From positions 1 to 29,078 of IMG/VR virus record IMGVR_UViG_3300012971_000068: a stretch of DNA of 29,078 nt; one strand, written 5' to 3'. Positions 26,514 to 29,078 of the stretch are shown in pieces. Below the pieces are notes generated by a model, which saw only the letters and a program-made list of their open reading frames with translations, searched no databases and was not told the DNA's origin. The position numbers and the translations under genes are program-made. Source of the DNA: a virus. Lineage: Duplodnaviria; Caudoviricetes. Positions within the stretch are counted from its first letter, which is position 1; the number at the start of each line of letters is the position of its first letter.

Positions 26514-27455
26514 ATGGACAAGAACTCGGTTATCTTGGTCACCGGTGGCCGTGGGTTTCTTGGAACGAATCTTGTCGAGAGACTTCTTGCCGAAGGCTTC
26601 AAGACGGTCTGCCCGTTGAGTCGCCGTAACGGATTCAACATGCTTGACCTACCGCAGTTGCGGGCTGTCTTCAGAGCCGTCAAGCCGGACATTGTCTTTC
26701 ATCTTGCCGCAACCGTTGGCGGGATCGGAGCAAATCGCAAGAGCCCGGGAACCTTCTGGGTTGAGAACACGTTGCTCGGGCTGAACCTCCTCGAGGCCGT
26801 CCGGGAATTCAAGCCTGAGCGGACGGTCATGGTCGGGACGACGTGCGCCTACCCGAAGTATTGCACCGTCCCCTTCAAAGAGTCCGACATCTGGAACGGA
26901 TTCCCGGAAGAAACCAACGCGCCTTACGGAGTTGCAAAGAAGTCAATCATGCTTGGGGCGAAATCCTACGTTCAGCAATTCGGCCTTGACATCGTGAATC
27001 CGATCCTGACGAACCTCTATGGCCCGAAGGATCATTACTCCAAAGAAAATGCTCATGTCGTCCCGGACATGATCCGCAAGTTCCACGACGCAAAGCAAGT
27101 CCGGGAGCGCATCACCCTCTGGGGAGACGGAACCCCGACAAGAGATTTCCTGTACGTTGAGGACGCTTGCGATGCCCTGATAAAAATAGCGAGTCTGCCG
27201 GTTGGCCCTGAGCCGATCAACTTTGGTTCCGGTACGGAAGTCTCCATGAGAGAGCTTGCAACGCTTGTTTCTCAGACCGTTGGCTACGATGGAGACCTGA
27301 GCTGGGATACGACAAAGCCAAATGGCCAACCGCGACGGCTCTTGGATATCACCCGCGCAAAGGATCTTGGATGGGTCCCGAAGACAACCCTTCAACATGG
27401 ATTGATGGTGACGTATGAAGATTTTCTTGGCCGCTCTGCTGGCGACCGTGTGTAG
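26514..27455 (+). CDS. fcl: GDP-L-fucose synthase (GDP-4-keto-6-deoxymannose epimerase/reductase family)
   Basis: VTGGRGFLG, HLAATVGGIGAN, TCAYPK, PEETNAPYGVAKK (YxxxK), NLYGP.D, WGDGTPTRDFLYVED, NFGSG.EVS and KPNGQPRR.LD. Confidence 0.93.
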   Translation: MDKNSVILVTGGRGFLGTNLVERLLAEGFKTVCPLSRRNGFNMLDLPQLRAVFRAVKPDIVFHLAATVGGIGANRKSPGTFWVENTLLGLNLLEAVREFKPERTVMVGTTCAYPKYCTVPFKESDIWNGFPEETNAPYGVAKKSIMLGAKSYVQQFGLDIVNPILTNLYGPKDHYSKENAHVVPDMIRKFHDAKQVRERITLWGDGTPTRDFLYVEDACDALIKIASLPVGPEPINFGSGTEVSMRELATLVSQTVGYDGDLSWDTTKPNGQPRRLLDITRAKDLGWVPKTTLQHGLMVTYEDFLGRSAGDRV

Positions 27456-27663
27456 CGGTTGTGCGATTGCGAATCGTTCCGACAAATTCGGAGCAGAGCT
27501 TGACATCGGAATTGGAGGAGTGTTCAGCTACATTGCGGATTTGCATATCAAGGCAAGCGTTGGATTTTCTAAGACCTGTAAGGAGACGAACGATGTTCCG
27601 GAAAACCCTGATGACCCTGTTGATCGTATCCGGAGGTTTCTTCAACGGCGGCTGCTCACTTGA
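27415..27663 (+). CDS. Putative small lipoprotein
   Basis: MK + hydrophobic IFLAALLATV + CSGC lipobox-like signal. Overlaps both neighbours and has only a weak RBS. Confidence 0.55.
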   Translation: MKIFLAALLATVCSGCAIANRSDKFGAELDIGIGGVFSYIADLHIKASVGFSKTCKETNDVPENPDDPVDRIRRFLQRRLLT

Positions 27664-28120
27664 GCAGAAAGCTGCAGACTTCCTCGAGGCAAAGGTCAAG
27701 GAGCTTGGCCCGATCCTTGAGAAGCGGGCGTCGGACGCGGCAACTGCGGCAATCCAGGCCAAGACGGCCAAGGAGCTTGCGGCCCTCGATGCGCAGCTTG
27801 GCCTCATCCATCTGAAGGACGCGGATGGAAACGATTACGTCAAGACCTGGAAGGATTTCTCGGCAGATCATGGCGCAAGCGGAAGCCTGGCTCCTGGAGA
27901 ACTCGCCAAAGCGGGACTCTTCATTGCTCAGAATACCGCGAAGGCTGTGGCGACGGGGGAAATCACAAAGGCACAAGGCGGTCAGCGTCTCAAAGATGGA
28001 GGCATTGCCCTTGGGGCCCTTGGACTGCTTGGACTTGCGTGGTCGCTCGTCAAGAAAGTCGCGGGCAAGCTGTCACCGCCCGCCCCTGCCCCGGTTCCGG
28101 TTCCTCCAAAGACGACGTAA
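27593..28120 (+). CDS. Putative lipoprotein with C-terminal TM helix (unimolecular-spanin-like topology)
   Basis: AAGGAG RBS before ATG 27593. MFRKTLMTLLIVSGGFFNGGC signal-like N-terminus, and GGIALGALGLLGLAWSLVKK TM segment followed by a Pro-rich tail. Confidence 0.65.
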   Translation: MFRKTLMTLLIVSGGFFNGGCSLEQKAADFLEAKVKELGPILEKRASDAATAAIQAKTAKELAALDAQLGLIHLKDADGNDYVKTWKDFSADHGASGSLAPGELAKAGLFIAQNTAKAVATGEITKAQGGQRLKDGGIALGALGLLGLAWSLVKKVAGKLSPPAPAPVPVPPKTT

Positions 28121-28129
28121 GGAGGCAAC

Positions 28130-28423
28130 ATGGAAGACCTGATGGCAGCCCTTCTCAGTCTTGATCCGACGACAGTTGCGACCAGCGGAGGAATTGCTGC
28201 CTCTGTGGCAGGGATGACCCAATGGATCACGAATGAGATCGAGGCGCTCAACCTCAAGGACAAGCTGTATCGTTTCTATCCCCTGATTCCGTTTGTCTGT
28301 GCGTTTATCGTTGGGTACATGACAGACCAGAACCTTGGCGAGGCGATCAAGGATTGCTTTGTCTATGGGGCTGGTGCCATTGCCCTTCACAATGCGCATG
28401 AGACAACGATCCAGGGAAAATAA
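28130..28423 (+). CDS. Holin-like membrane protein
   Basis: 97 aa with 2-3 hydrophobic segments and an RFYPLIPFVCAFIVG / GAGAIALH pattern resembling small phage holins. AAGGAGG RBS. Confidence 0.65.
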   Translation: MEDLMAALLSLDPTTVATSGGIAASVAGMTQWITNEIEALNLKDKLYRFYPLIPFVCAFIVGYMTDQNLGEAIKDCFVYGAGAIALHNAHETTIQGK

Positions 28424-28458
28424 CTTGGCTATGATGAACGTGATTGCTAGGAGAAACA

Positions 28459-29078
28459 ATGGATCCAATCCTCTCTCTTGTTACAGGGACGCTAAACCGT
28501 CCTGACTCTTTTGCGCGGCTCGCAAAAAGCATCATCGAGTGGACAAAAGTCCCTTGGGAGCTTGTCGTCTCGGATGCGTCTGACGAGCCGTACAAAGAGA
28601 AATACCCCGACAATGTCATCTTCCTGCCGGAGCGTCCCCGACTTGGCTGCGTGAAGGGCTACAACCGGGCCTTCAAGCATTGTCGCGGGAAGTGGGTCAT
28701 CTGGCTCAACGATGACGCTGAAGTCATGCCCGGGTATGACACCGCGGCCATCGACTTCATGGAGAAGAACCCCGACTGCGGCCTTGGCGCGTTGTACTAC
28801 GCCAACCATACGATGCCGTATTTCGTCCAGACCTACCACGAGATGCTCTATGCGAACTTCGGGATCATCTCGAGGGAGCTTGGAGAAAAGGTTGGGTGGA
28901 TGGACGAAGTTGTCCGCATGTACGGGAACGACAACTCGATTACCTTCCGGGTCCTCCTCGAGGGGCTAGGAATTGGCAGCATCCAAGGTGCTCGAATCTG
29001 GCATCATCCGATCCAAGACAAGCAGCGGATCGAAAATGAAAGCCGACACGCCGAGGATGCCGCAGCCTTGATGGGCAA
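28459..29078 (+). CDS. GT2-family glycosyltransferase (3'-truncated by window; not in ORF track)
   Basis: AGGAG RBS, ATG 28459: MDPILSLVTGTLNRPDSFARLAKSI...WELVVSDAS...LGCVKGYNRAFKHCRGKWVIWLNDDAEV...GWMDE...YGND...IWHH. Open to the window end. Confidence 0.88.
   Translation, partial: MDPILSLVTGTLNRPDSFARLAKSIIEWTKVPWELVVSDASDEPYKEKYPDNVIFLPERPRLGCVKGYNRAFKHCRGKWVIWLNDDAEVMPGYDTAAIDFMEKNPDCGLGALYYANHTMPYFVQTYHEMLYANFGIISRELGEKVGWMDEVVRMYGNDNSITFRVLLEGLGIGSIQGARIWHHPIQDKQRIENESRHAEDAAALMG

Noticed and set aside
27850-27910. EF-hand-like DFSADHGASGSLAPGEL
   Set aside because: It lacks the DxDxDG ligand spacing.
175-28839. Many long minus-strand ORFs (e.g. 4745-5617, 8141-8938, 8951-9859, 13318-14037, 19028-19816)
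   Set aside because: They lie antisense to well-supported genes, have no recognisable motifs, and are expected shadows of GC-biased codon usage.
1-29078. Stop-codon reassignment
   Set aside because: TAA, TAG and TGA all end genes at sensible boundaries, and conserved genes are uninterrupted in the standard code.

Overview
This window is a 29 kb piece of a tailed dsDNA phage or prophage (Caudoviricetes, siphovirus-like long non-contractile tail). All credible genes are on the + strand and tightly packed, many with TAATG/ATGA overlaps. Gene order: small hypotheticals, large terminase, portal fused to a Mu gpF-like domain, a large XkdF-type prohead protease with extra modules, an acidic scaffold-like protein, HK97-fold major capsid, a glycosyltransferase, neck/connector genes, tail tube, tail chaperone with a -1 frameshift, tape measure, distal tail, a QueA-like gene, a large tail-tip/fibre protein, several fibre-associated proteins, GDP-L-fucose synthase, two lipoprotein-like ORFs, a holin-like gene and a second glycosyltransferase cut by the window end. 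No integrase, endolysin, tRNA, CRISPR or IS element was seen. The most unusual features are: (1) a shortened QueA homologue apparently lacking the inserted beta-barrel domain, coupled between Dit and a tail-tip protein with a Cys-rich N-terminal extension; (2) sugar-modification genes interleaved with virion genes, suggesting virion decoration; (3) a prohead protease whose conserved EVSxVxxxAN strand is on the next gene; (4) two mutually exclusive RNA hairpins after the capsid gene that could gate the glycosyltransferase RBS. Family assignments come from motif recognition by eye; no database search was run.
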